From Eubacteriales bacterium (lineage in GTDB: Bacteria > Bacillota > Clostridia > Oscillospirales > CAG-272), in assembly GCA_045535815.1 (NCBI GenBank), contig JAZSMJ010000014.1, positions 1,696-65,695 on the forward strand: a stretch of 64,000 bases of DNA. The letters are read 5' to 3'. Position numbers and translations under genes: made by a program. This document shows, one piece after another, positions 9,535-18,702 of this stretch. Numbering within the stretch: position 1 is the first letter of the stretch; the number at the start of each line of letters is the position of its first letter. The notes under the pieces are model-generated. The model had not been told where the DNA came from, made no database searches, and was given only the letters and a program-made list of their open reading frames with translations.

Positions 9535-9975
9535 CTAACATCCTATCGACAAACAATATCTTCTTTTCCCATCATCTTCGTGTGTCATAGCAATGCACCA
9601 ATCAAAATCATCGTCAAAAAAATAAATATCTTCAGGAAGTGTATTTGCAATTTTTGAAAATTCTTGAAAGGAAAGCTTCAAGCAAGCTTCCTGCGGATAT
9701 TTATAATAATTCGGTATAAAAATATGCTCCGAACTTAAAACATCCCACAAAACATAAAAATCATCCTTGCCTGACAAAACATCGACACAATATTTTTCAG
9801 TTTTTCGGTTATGCTCTTTAAAGCAGTCCCAAAAATATCCTGTTTGAAACATTCCGTCTGAATAACGTTTTTTCTCTTTTATATGCTCCAAATAATAGCT
9901 TGAATCTTGATTAATAAACTGCTCGATGAATAATTCCTTGATTATTGAATATTTTTCTCCTTCAATTATTTGCAT
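9535..9975 (-). CDS. Hypothetical cytoplasmic protein (146 aa)
   Basis: ORF with AGGAAAGGCGG SD-like sequence before ATG 9975 (MQIIEGEKY...). It ends at a TAG stop (9535-9537). I cannot assign a family. Confidence 0.4.
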   Translation of the reverse strand: MQIIEGEKYSIIKELFIEQFINQDSSYYLEHIKEKKRYSDGMFQTGYFWDCFKEHNRKTEKYCVDVLSGKDDFYVLWDVLSSEHIFIPNYYKYPQEACLKLSFQEFSKIANTLPEDIYFFDDDFDWCIAMTHEDDGKRRYCLSIGC

Positions 9976-10048
9976 ATCTACACCGCCTTTCCTGAATTGA
10001 TTATACAAACGATCGGTATGGTCATGAACCGGTTAATGTAGTTGTATG

Positions 10049-11377
10049 TCAGAGCCCCTTTTCTCGCAACTCGCTTACAAGTTCGGTATAGAAAGCTCTA
10101 ACGTCAAACCCATCTATGTTTTCACGGTTGAGATCGATCATATCTCCGTGAGATATGCCACGGTTACCCTCGGTGCGAAGAAGTGTGTATTTCTCTCCCC
10201 AAGCAAACGATGATTCACCGACTAAGCCGTCGTTTTCGCCGTCAAAGTTTTTTACGTATCTGTAAGATAAGTTAAGAGGAAATTGACCTTTTTGAGGATG
10301 CCCCATTACCGAGCCAACGCTTTGAGCATAAATTTCGTCAGGCCACGAGAGCTTTTCGTTCAGAGCTTTGCAGGATTCTGCTGTAAGCTCGCTCACAGCT
10401 TCTAAAAAATCAGGAGTTTCATCGCCAATCATATGTAAGGCTTTATTATAATAGTCAGCTACTTTGTTTTTGACTTTATCAGGAATCGCATACAATAGAT
10501 TTTCAGCAAAAACACAACCTCTATGCGGTGTGTTGATTGTAGTCAGTGAAGCAACGTAAGGCGCCAAACCAAACTCGGATATTGCATAACGGCAATCCAA
10601 TCCGCCTTTTGAATGCGCTATAATATTAACCTTTTCGCAACCGGAGCGCTCCACGATAAGCTTTATTCTTGCACAGAGCTCTCTTGCGCTTTCTTTAACG
10701 GTCAGTGCCGACTGATGCTGTCCGTAATATATCGTTGCTCCGTGTAATTTAAGCACGTTCGGAACTCTTCCCCAATAGTTAAACAATTTACTGTCACGGA
10801 AAAAGATGCCGTGCACAAGAACGATAGGGTATTTTGTTTTACATATCGAAGCTAATGCAGGGTCTGAAGAAATACGTTCTTTTTCAATCTCAAACTCAAT
10901 CTCGCTTGACGTAATACCTATAATTTTTGTAAGAACGATTAAATTCAGTATCGGTATCATACCGCATAGCGCCCCGATTACACGCCATTTTATACCCATC
11001 TGTACCGAAGTGCAGTATACGCATATGATTCCGTTCCAAAACAGAATAGCAGAAAACAGTATACATAATAAGGCGCTGAATATAAAATCCATATAAAAGT
11101 CAGGAAGCAAACGAAAGGCTAATATTATATGCCATACCAACGAGGGAATAAGTGAAAATGCGAAAATAGAGAGAAGAAGCGTTCCGTGATTGCACAGCTT
11201 TATATGAAGCTTTTTAGTACCCTTCGGTCTCATACCGGGAATGATATTCAGCAAAATAAAAAGCGGTATGATCAGTATAAGGAAATATGGGGATAATCTT
11301 ATGATCATATAACAATTGAATATAATGCTGATCAAAATAAAGTAGATCACGTTGAGCAAATTCATATATCTTCTCAT
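10049..11377 (-). CDS. Membrane-anchored alpha/beta hydrolase, lipase-like
   Basis: 442 aa. The N-terminal ~170 aa form a polytopic hydrophobic domain. The C-terminal domain has the nucleophile elbow IIAHSKGG (GxSxG-type) and YPIVLVHGIFF, typical of class-2-like lipases. Confidence 0.65.
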   Translation of the reverse strand: MRRYMNLLNVIYFILISIIFNCYMIIRLSPYFLILIIPLFILLNIIPGMRPKGTKKLHIKLCNHGTLLLSIFAFSLIPSLVWHIILAFRLLPDFYMDFIFSALLCILFSAILFWNGIICVYCTSVQMGIKWRVIGALCGMIPILNLIVLTKIIGITSSEIEFEIEKERISSDPALASICKTKYPIVLVHGIFFRDSKLFNYWGRVPNVLKLHGATIYYGQHQSALTVKESARELCARIKLIVERSGCEKVNIIAHSKGGLDCRYAISEFGLAPYVASLTTINTPHRGCVFAENLLYAIPDKVKNKVADYYNKALHMIGDETPDFLEAVSELTAESCKALNEKLSWPDEIYAQSVGSVMGHPQKGQFPLNLSYRYVKNFDGENDGLVGESSFAWGEKYTLLRTEGNRGISHGDMIDLNRENIDGFDVRAFYTELVSELREKGL

Positions 11378-11457
11378 AAGGCATTTCCTTTCTTTATATT
11401 ACTTGTATTTTTATCTACAATTTAACTATACCATATTTTTGTAAATATTTCAACCGT

Positions 11458-11576
11458 TTCCCGGATCGAATCTGTCTACAGACCAGAAATGCACGAATGC
11501 ATCTACAAAATCCCGTCCTTGATGATATACGCCGCACTTCGTGCGTCAATGATATACCAAGCCTGCGGCTTGGATG
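11458..11576. repeat. Intergenic repeat element, short copy (conserved 60-nt head plus 2 hairpin units)
   Basis: tttcccggatcgaatctgtctacagaccagaaatgcacgaatgcatctacaaaatcccgtccttgatgatatacgccgcacttcgtgcgtcaatgatataccaagcctgcggcttggat. It is near-identical to the two ends of 12857-13119. Confidence 0.85.
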
Positions 11577-11580
11577 AGGA

Positions 11581-11610
11581 AAAAGCCGCATTCTGTGAAT
11601 GCGGCTTTTA
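11581..11610 (-). terminator. Rho-independent terminator of the XRE-TPR gene
   Basis: Stem gccgcattc (11586-11594) pairs with gaatgcggc (11598-11606). A- and T-runs lie on both sides. Confidence 0.7.
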
Positions 11611-11694
11611 GTTATTATTTTAAGAGAAAAACTTTGTAGATTGATAACAGGAACTTACCTTTCCGTATGTTTGTATATGAGGTTTATGATTGAA

Positions 11695-12738
11695 TTATCT
11701 CTGCAATTTTTTTATTTGTCTTTCAACCTCTACTACAGCAGCATCCTCGTCGTTACATCCCCACTCACTCTTTAAACACGCAATAAGCCTGTCATACGTT
11801 TCAAATGCTTTCTCATGGTTTCCCAATATTTCATAAATGGTAGCAATACCTTGCAAAGCATCTGTGAACCTTGGCTTTTGATCATTTTCTGCTTCCCACG
11901 ACCGTTCATAATACACTATCGCTTTCTCGTACTCGCATTTGCGAGCATGATATTGTGCTTTTTCAAAGAGGAAACCGCTGTTGTATTCAAAGTCATGTAA
12001 AGCAACTTCCATTATGTCGTCTGCTTTTTTTACATCGTATTCGGCAAGTGCTATATATGCTTTGTATACCGGAATCAAGAATGGTTTATGAGCAGGCAGC
12101 GTTTGGCATATTTCAAGATATTTTTCCGCCTCTTTTGTTCGGTGATCTGCAATCAAATTGTCTATGATCTCATAATAGGGCAAGGGTGTTTCGGGAGCAA
12201 TCGTGTCATTTTCAATTATTTTCTTATAAAAATCAATAATATCCGTGTGGTTGGAGCAATTCCAATCCCATGCAACTGCACCTTCGGATTTTTGTAATAA
12301 CCATTGACAATCCTTGATATCAGGGGCTATTAAAATCGCTTGACGAGCATATTTACTTACCTTTCTTGAATCTGATTCCATACGATGATGGTAAAGACGT
12401 GCAATAAGGGACAAAATTTTTCTTTTGTCACCGTACTCGTCAATTTGGTTTTTTAAAAAGCTCTCGTATTCATTAAAAACACCGTCCGAAAATTCATCTT
12501 CAATATCAAGGCTTCTTTCTATACGCTGTAATTTTTGATCCGCGGTGAGGTCAAAAATTTCGTCAATGCTAACACCAAGTTCGCTTGATAGAAGTGGCAA
12601 AAGAGATATATCCGGCATAGTTATGCACGTTTCCCACTTTGATATTGATTGTGCACTGATTCCCAACGCCGCTCCAAGCTGCTCTTGCGTTAGCCCCGCT
12701 TTCAATCGCAACTGCTTAATTTTATTTCCAATATCCAT
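11695..12738 (-). CDS. XRE-family HTH transcriptional regulator with C-terminal TPR-like domain
   Basis: ATG 12738 follows GGAGGA. The N-terminus MDIGNKIKQLRLKAGLTQEQLGAALGISAQSISKWETC is a canonical HTH_3. The C-terminus has TPR-like helices (AIVYYERSWE..ALQGIATIYEILGNHEKAFETYDRLI). Confidence 0.8.
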   Translation of the reverse strand: MDIGNKIKQLRLKAGLTQEQLGAALGISAQSISKWETCITMPDISLLPLLSSELGVSIDEIFDLTADQKLQRIERSLDIEDEFSDGVFNEYESFLKNQIDEYGDKRKILSLIARLYHHRMESDSRKVSKYARQAILIAPDIKDCQWLLQKSEGAVAWDWNCSNHTDIIDFYKKIIENDTIAPETPLPYYEIIDNLIADHRTKEAEKYLEICQTLPAHKPFLIPVYKAYIALAEYDVKKADDIMEVALHDFEYNSGFLFEKAQYHARKCEYEKAIVYYERSWEAENDQKPRFTDALQGIATIYEILGNHEKAFETYDRLIACLKSEWGCNDEDAAVVEVERQIKKLQR

Positions 12739-12856
12739 ATGTAATATTCCTCCGGTTTGGTTTCTCAAGCACTTGATGTATTTATTATAGCATCAGAAAC
12801 TTGCAATATCAATAACGCATATTTATTATTAATTCACCCATTTGGAGAAAAATGCA

Positions 12857-13119
12857 TTTCCCGGATTGAATCCGTCTACAGATCTGAAATACACGGAATG
12901 CATCTACAAAATACCGTTCTACGCATCCCAATCACGCGTCAGCGTGTATATCATCAATTCCGAAGGAATTGCATATCATCCGCAACTTGTTGCGGTATAT
13001 CATCAAGCCGCAGGAAAGATGCACGCTGGCGCGTGATGAGATACAAGGACGGCAAGCCGTCCTTGATGATATACGCCGCACTTCGTGCGTCAATGATATA
13101 CCATACCTGCGGCTTGGAT
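12857..13119. repeat. Intergenic repeat element, long copy (same head and tail as 11458-11576 plus ~145 nt of extra hairpin units)
   Basis: The head at 12857-12920 and tail at 13061-13119 align with the short copy. The interior carries hairpins acgc-gtca-gcgt, aattcc-gaa-ggaatt, cgcaac-tt-gttgcg, cacgc-tggc-gcgtg and aaggacgg-caag-ccgtcctt. These are separated by GYATATCATC (12946, 12971, 12995) or its reverse complement RATGAKATAC (13035, 13065, 13092). Confidence 0.85.
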
Positions 13120-13146
13120 AAAAAAATTCGATGCTTTTGCATCGGA
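13120..13146 (-). terminator. Terminator downstream of tRNA-Gln
   Basis: On the minus strand, stem cgatgc pairs with gcatcg around an aaaa loop, followed by aattttttt. Confidence 0.6.
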
Positions 13147-13151
13147 TTTTT

Positions 13152-13228
13152 TGGCTGGGATAGCTGGACTCGAACCAGCGAAATGCAAGAGTCAAAGTCT
13201 TGTGCCTTACCACCTTGGCGATATCCCA
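13152..13228 (-). tRNA. tRNA-Gln (anticodon TTG), CCA encoded
   Basis: The minus strand reads TGGGATATCGCCAAGGTGGTAAGGCACAAGACTTTGACTCTTGCATTTCGCTGGTTCGAGTCCAGCTATCCCAGCCA. The acceptor stem is TGGGATA/TATCCCA. The anticodon stem is CAAGA/TCTTG with loop CTTTGAC. The T arm is GCTGG-TTCGAGT-CCAGC. Confidence 0.93.
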
Positions 13229-13313
13229 ATATGAACGTAGAAAATTATACCACAAAGTAGCTCTGCTGTCAATAAAAAAATGAGCTCAGCCTGCATTTTC
13301 ATCAGATAATATT

Positions 13314-14291
13314 TCAGTTTTGAATATAGATCTGCTGTTCTTTAATCATCGGATATGATACGAGCCTATCTGAGTCCAGCTTCTCCCTTTTCATATCCAC
13401 ACCGCATATATTGGCGTTTTCATACGTCTTATAATAGTATATCCCCTTCTCCGTGTCACAGCACGATGCATATACGGTTATCTCATATCTGCCGTCGTCC
13501 ATCATAACGCATCCTCTTATCTGCTCTACCGATCCCAAAATGTGAAAGAATTGATTTATGATAGCGGTATCGGTATTGTCTTTTGAAACAGAATTGAGCT
13601 TTACAAAGCTTGCACGAACAAATCTCGACTGTGACGAAAAATCCCCCGGCAGACCGATTGCCCCCATCCCTCTGCTGTATTCATAAAGGTCAATGCTTTT
13701 TGCAAAAGTGTTTTTAGCTCCGCATATGCTTAAATTGATATAGTTATTCAGGTTCATCATCTGGTAATCAAACGGTGGATTGTTGGTAAGCACTCCTACC
13801 TCATTTTTGTAGACCCTGATGCCATTTCGCAAAGGCTCTACCACTATCGAGGAGCTTTTGTCAGATATCATCCAATGAAGAGGTGTCAAAGGGAGATCTG
13901 AGCTGAAATCAACGTCAATTAAATTCAAGCCTTGCACTGCCTTTTCGGCTTCTTCAACGTTTGAACAGCTACCGAGTATATACGGGATAAATTCAAACGG
14001 AGCGATATTATCCTTGCCCTCTTTTTCCTTTTGGTAATAAGCATTACCGGGAAAATTAAGACCTGCTATCGCAAGTCCTTTTTCGTTTACTGCATCATAA
14101 TATAATGGATATCCATCCTGAACATAGGCAATGCCTATCATTGCAAAATGCTCTCGCATCTCTTTATGCTTTCTGAATACAAAAGGATATCTCCTCGGTG
14201 TCACAGTCACCGTTTCGTTATACGAATACTCAAGATCGAGCGTCCTTCCAAAAAAATGATTATTTGGTTTATAGCTTACTGCCGTGCACAT
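13314..14291 (-). CDS. Choloylglycine hydrolase family protein (bile salt hydrolase / linear amide C-N hydrolase, Ntn type)
   Basis: 325 aa beginning MCTAVSYKPNNHFFGRTLDLEYSYNE, with Cys2 as the N-terminal nucleophile typical of the family. Confidence 0.85.
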   Translation of the reverse strand: MCTAVSYKPNNHFFGRTLDLEYSYNETVTVTPRRYPFVFRKHKEMREHFAMIGIAYVQDGYPLYYDAVNEKGLAIAGLNFPGNAYYQKEKEGKDNIAPFEFIPYILGSCSNVEEAEKAVQGLNLIDVDFSSDLPLTPLHWMISDKSSSIVVEPLRNGIRVYKNEVGVLTNNPPFDYQMMNLNNYINLSICGAKNTFAKSIDLYEYSRGMGAIGLPGDFSSQSRFVRASFVKLNSVSKDNTDTAIINQFFHILGSVEQIRGCVMMDDGRYEITVYASCCDTEKGIYYYKTYENANICGVDMKREKLDSDRLVSYPMIKEQQIYIQN

Positions 14292-14344
14292 ATTTTTCTC
14301 CTTGCTATTCTCGTTATATTATGACCCACACGCCCAAAAATTAT

Positions 14345-14377
14345 AAAAAAACATCAAGCATTGCTTGATGTTTTTTC
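14345..14377. terminator. Bidirectional terminator
   Basis: Stem acatcaag (14351-14358) pairs with cttgatgt (14364-14371), flanked by an A-run and a T-run. Confidence 0.65.
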
Positions 14378-14473
14378 TTCAGAAACCTTTGCCCGACAAA
14401 AAATTTAACCTCAGTTTTTCTCAGCTGTTATTTATTTTAAACGTCAGTTAAAGAGATTCGCCTATCAACCCTT

Positions 14474-14965
14474 TTAGAACAGATCGGGAATGTCGATGGA
14501 AATGAACCAGTCATTACCTTCCTTCACAGCCTTAAACTCTACAAATTCAGATACAGATTCGTCCATAACACTCATATCCATAGTGCATGTTACAATTGCA
14601 GACTTGGGAGATTCCATTTCAATGCTCACGTCGGAAAATTTCATAATTTCATCGCCCAAAAGTCCGGTCAAGCCGAAAAGATCCGATAAACTTATGTCAT
14701 CCATAAATCCACCCATCAGCTCGCCCATAATTCCGCCCATAAATGAATCCACAAGCTTGAGAGATGTCTCAACCACATTCTTTGTTTTCTTATCAAGACA
14801 CGCCGTAACACCGTCTAAGTCGCCGGCGTTGTAGCATTCCGCAAATTCAGTTATTCTATCAAATATCTTTTCTTCATCGGTTCTACTGTCACAAGAGCAA
14901 AATGAAAACACAAGAAGAGATGACACAACTGCAAGCGCAATAATTCTGATAAACGTCTTTTTCAT
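14474..14965 (-). CDS. Putative lipoprotein, unknown function
   Basis: 163 aa. The signal peptide MKKTFIRIIALAVVSSLLVFSFCSCDS has a lipobox-like Cys. Confidence 0.6.
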   Translation of the reverse strand: MKKTFIRIIALAVVSSLLVFSFCSCDSRTDEEKIFDRITEFAECYNAGDLDGVTACLDKKTKNVVETSLKLVDSFMGGIMGELMGGFMDDISLSDLFGLTGLLGDEIMKFSDVSIEMESPKSAIVTCTMDMSVMDESVSEFVEFKAVKEGNDWFISIDIPDLF

Positions 14966-15014
14966 TTTTTATCCCCTTTAAACTTCATTGATATCTTTAG
15001 GCTAAGCCTGATGT

Positions 15015-15638
15015 TCATTTCGTATAGGTATTGTCCCAAATAACCTCCGGCTCCGGATATCCTTTATTTCTGCAAAGCATCAGACATATAGGCATTCCGA
15101 GCGGAACGAGCAATGATATTATAAAATATTTGAGTGCTTTTTCCGGAACAGTTGATTCAAACAACTTGAAGTAGCATATAGACGCACATATTGTCCACGC
15201 GGTAGCCACTGCTATCATAGCTATAATAAATGTGTAAAGCACTATCATAAATGCAATAGCACCGGGAATAACATCTGCCTCCGTTATTGCTTGGTTATAA
15301 GCCACCGTTATTGCAATAGAAACCGAATATACGATCAATGCAACTATCATCAAAAATGCCAAAGCCATTACTGCAATATTCATTGACAGCAATACGACGT
15401 TCCACTTTCTTTTGATTCCCTTGCGCTCATCGTATTCTCTTGCAATGTTTCCTATTGCCCATGAATTAGCCACCGGTATCCATGCAAGCCAGGGATACCT
15501 GATCTGTCTCCTCTTGCCTATCGTATGTATAGCAAGCGATGACATTACGTAAGAAGCAATAGATATTCCGACAGCACAAAGCTCAATAATAAGGAATATA
15601 ACAATACCTCCCAATCCAATAGCAACCACATCTCCCAT
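15015..15638 (-). CDS. Hypothetical integral membrane protein
   Basis: 207 aa with about 5 hydrophobic segments. No recognisable motif. Confidence 0.5.
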   Translation of the reverse strand: MGDVVAIGLGGIVIFLIIELCAVGISIASYVMSSLAIHTIGKRRQIRYPWLAWIPVANSWAIGNIAREYDERKGIKRKWNVVLLSMNIAVMALAFLMIVALIVYSVSIAITVAYNQAITEADVIPGAIAFMIVLYTFIIAMIAVATAWTICASICYFKLFESTVPEKALKYFIISLLVPLGMPICLMLCRNKGYPEPEVIWDNTYTK

Positions 15639-15823
15639 AATATATCCTCCTTTTAAGTCATAACAAAATATGGCTTATTGATTTAATTATAGCATAATTA
15701 TATGCCTCGGTCAACGATTTTTTGAGCATTGTTATATCATCTTGCATTTTTTTGCACCATTTGCTTTTTGATTGTATTTTATTAAATCTTATCAATATAT
15801 CCAAATGTTAAATTCGCTTACTC

Positions 15824-15852
15824 TTGACAATTTTTAACAAAAGGAGTATAAT
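15824..15852 (+). promoter_or_regulatory. Perfect consensus sigma-70 promoter of the rnf operon (TTGACA-17-TATAAT)
   Basis: TTGACA at 15824-15829, a 17-nt spacer, then TATAAT at 15847-15852, about 75 nt upstream of the rnfC ATG. Confidence 0.7.
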
Positions 15853-15928
15853 CTTATAGATAATACACTTTGCGATTTATGCGCAACATTTGTTGTATTT
15901 GCACAAAAAACACTAAAGGTATCTTCAT

Positions 15929-17248
15929 ATGACTTTCTTTCTTAACGGAATAAAAACACCTCACAGAAAAAACACGATAAATAAGCCAACCGTGCGTATG
16001 TCTGACGCATCATCGGTAACTATTCCGATGGTTATGCATATAGGCAAGCCGGCTATTCCCACGGTTAAAGTGGGGGATACGGTTAAGGTTGGTACAAAAA
16101 TTGCTCAGGCAGACGGAAGGTTATCGTCTAATATATATTCGAGTGTATCGGGAACAGTATCAAAATCTGTTGAATATTTGCTGTACAGCGGTGAGATAAC
16201 AACGGCATTGGTAATTGAATCGGACGGAGAAATGACGGTTGATCCCACAATCTGCCCTCCTTCTGTCAACAGCAAGGAAGAGCTTATATCGGCACTTGCC
16301 GAAAGCGGTATCGTAGGTCTTGGCGGTGCAGGATTTCCGGTTCGCGTCAAGCTCGACGTTGACGTCGAGCGTATTGATTATCTTATCATAAACGGTGCCG
16401 AATGCGAGCCATACGTTACAAGCGATACCGTAACCATGCTTTCAAAGGCTGACGATATGTCCTATGCTTTGCGTGAGCTAAGTCGCCTTATGGGAATAAA
16501 AAACGTAATTATAGGAATTGAAAGCAACAAGAAAAACGCAATCACACGCATGCGTGAAATGGCGTCTTCGATAAACGAATGCTCCGTTAGTGTAAGGTCG
16601 CTTCCCGCAGTCTACCCACAGGGTGGAGAAAAGGTGCTGATCTATCACACCACAAAGCGTAAGGTTGCCTCCGGAAAACTTCCTATTGACGTTGGCTGTA
16701 TAGTCCTCAACTGTACCACGCTTGCTTCCATAGGTGCATATCTTAAAACAGGTATGCCGCTTGTTGAAAAATGCGTTACGGTTGACGGAGGAGCAATAAA
16801 AAATCCTCAGAACGTAATAGCACCCATAGGCACTCATATCGAAGATCTGTTTGCCTTCTGCGGCGGTCTTACCGAGCAGCCCTCAAAAATTATTTCCGGT
16901 GGTCCTATGATGGGTATAACAATGCCCAACGCTTCATATCCGGTGATCAAAAATTCCAACGCTATCCTTGCGCTGACAGCCAAAGAGGCTAAGCTTCCCA
17001 AGGAGACCGCTTGTATTCGTTGCGGTAGCTGCACGAACACCTGCCCATTTGGTCTTGCCCCTGCCTCCGTGGCTGCTGCTTATGAAAAAAACGATCCGGA
17101 CGAGCTTAAGGCTCTTTCTGTTGAAACCTGTATGGAATGCGGCTGCTGCAGCTTCGTGTGTCCGGCAAACCGTCCCCTCGTACATATTAACAAGCTGTCC
17201 AAGAAGCTTCTGAGGGAATCACAGAAGAAGGAGGTAGCAAAACAGTGA
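15929..17248 (+). CDS. rnfC: Rnf electron transport complex subunit C
   Basis: 439 aa. It contains GLGGAGFPV, INGAECEPY and two 4Fe-4S motifs (CIRCGSCTNTCP, CMECGCCSFVCP). It is first in the rnfCDGEAB order. Confidence 0.93.
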   Translation: MTFFLNGIKTPHRKNTINKPTVRMSDASSVTIPMVMHIGKPAIPTVKVGDTVKVGTKIAQADGRLSSNIYSSVSGTVSKSVEYLLYSGEITTALVIESDGEMTVDPTICPPSVNSKEELISALAESGIVGLGGAGFPVRVKLDVDVERIDYLIINGAECEPYVTSDTVTMLSKADDMSYALRELSRLMGIKNVIIGIESNKKNAITRMREMASSINECSVSVRSLPAVYPQGGEKVLIYHTTKRKVASGKLPIDVGCIVLNCTTLASIGAYLKTGMPLVEKCVTVDGGAIKNPQNVIAPIGTHIEDLFAFCGGLTEQPSKIISGGPMMGITMPNASYPVIKNSNAILALTAKEAKLPKETACIRCGSCTNTCPFGLAPASVAAAYEKNDPDELKALSVETCMECGCCSFVCPANRPLVHINKLSKKLLRESQKKEVAKQ

Positions 17249-18165
17249 CTTCTTTAACAAAACTAACGGTCTCTCCGCATATTCACAGCGGAAGATCGAC
17301 GTCGGGTATTATGCGCGACGTTTTGATCTCGCTTCTTCCGGCTGCAATCGCAGGAATCGTGATTTTCGGCCTATGGTCTCTCTTACTTATATTTGTATGC
17401 ATTGCAAGCTGTGTGCTGTTTGAAGCTCTTTTTAATATCATCACAAAAAAAGAACAGACAGTCGGTGATCTTTCAGCGGCAGTCACAGGACTTCTTCTTG
17501 CCTTGAATCTTCCCGCAAACACTCCGATCTGGCAGTGCGTTGTCGGGTCGTTCTTTGCAATTATCGTTGTAAAATGCATATTTGGCGGTATCGGTAATAA
17601 CCTTGTCAATCCTGCCATAACCGCCCGTGTATTTATGCTGATTGCATTTGAATCGTTGGCAGTAGCATCATTTCCCGTTGATGCAGTTGCAGGCGCAACC
17701 CCGCTCGCTGCCGAAACGATGCCTTCACTAAAGGTATTATTTTTAGGGTATTACGGCGGAGCCATCGGTGAAACCTGCACGCTGGCTTTACTGATCGGCT
17801 TTGTTTATCTGTTGTGCCGTCGGGTTATCACCTGGCATATCCCCGTAGTATTTATTGGTACAGTATTCGCCTTCTCCTTCTTTATGGAAGGATTTGATGC
17901 ACTTGCCGCACTATCATTTGTAATGGCAGGAAGTGTGTTTCTTGGCGCAATTTTTATGGCAACCGATTACGTTACCTCACCTTCTACGTCGTGGGGCAAG
18001 ATTGTATTTGCTCTCGGTGCGGGCTTGATCACCTCCGTTATGCGCTATTTCAGCGTTTATCCGGAGGGAGTATCGTTTGCAATACTGTTTATGAACATAC
18101 TTACCCCATATATTGACATATGGACAAAGCATAAAGTATTTGCAAAAGGAGCGGTAAAAGCATGA
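17245..18165 (+). CDS. rnfD: Rnf complex subunit D
   Basis: 306-aa polytopic protein. Its GTGA start overlaps the rnfC stop. It contains GAIFMATDYVTSP (NqrB/RnfD-like flavinylation region). Confidence 0.9.
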   Translation: MTSLTKLTVSPHIHSGRSTSGIMRDVLISLLPAAIAGIVIFGLWSLLLIFVCIASCVLFEALFNIITKKEQTVGDLSAAVTGLLLALNLPANTPIWQCVVGSFFAIIVVKCIFGGIGNNLVNPAITARVFMLIAFESLAVASFPVDAVAGATPLAAETMPSLKVLFLGYYGGAIGETCTLALLIGFVYLLCRRVITWHIPVVFIGTVFAFSFFMEGFDALAALSFVMAGSVFLGAIFMATDYVTSPSTSWGKIVFALGAGLITSVMRYFSVYPEGVSFAILFMNILTPYIDIWTKHKVFAKGAVKA

Positions 18166-18701
18166 AGCAGAACGTCAAAAATCTTGCTGTGTTCGTTTGT
18201 ATCTGCACAGTGATAACCCTTCTTTTAGCCATTACAAATTCAATCACTGAACCAATTATAGAGCAAAATCAAAGAGATGCGTCAAATAAAGCACTGCTCG
18301 AGGTCATGCCCGAGGGCAAAGGCTTTGAAGCTGTGCCTTTAGCGTATTATGATCTGTCCTCAAACGTAACATACGTTTACCGCGAAACCTCCGGCAAAGG
18401 CTACGTAATCAAGCTGATCACTTCCGGATACGGAAGTGATATGGTCATTATGTGCGGTATCGACTCCAATTACATTGTCACCGGCGCTGTTTGTCTGTCT
18501 TCAAATGAAACTTTGGGAAAAGAAAAGACGTACGGTGAAAGCTTTAAGGGTAAAGATCTTGCCGGTGTTGACACCGTTGATACCGTCAGCAGTGCCACAA
18601 AAACAACGGCTGCATACAAAAATGCAATTAAAGATGCTATCAATACTGCAATCATTCTCGACAACACTGCATCACCGCGAATTTTGAAGGGAGGGGAATG
18701 A
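18162..18701 (+). CDS. rnfG: Rnf complex subunit G (FMN-binding)
   Basis: 179 aa with an N-terminal TM anchor and VDTVSSATKTTAAY (the S/T-G-A-T FMN attachment motif). Confidence 0.9.
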   Translation: MKQNVKNLAVFVCICTVITLLLAITNSITEPIIEQNQRDASNKALLEVMPEGKGFEAVPLAYYDLSSNVTYVYRETSGKGYVIKLITSGYGSDMVIMCGIDSNYIVTGAVCLSSNETLGKEKTYGESFKGKDLAGVDTVDTVSSATKTTAAYKNAIKDAINTAIILDNTASPRILKGGE

Positions 18702-18702
18702 A

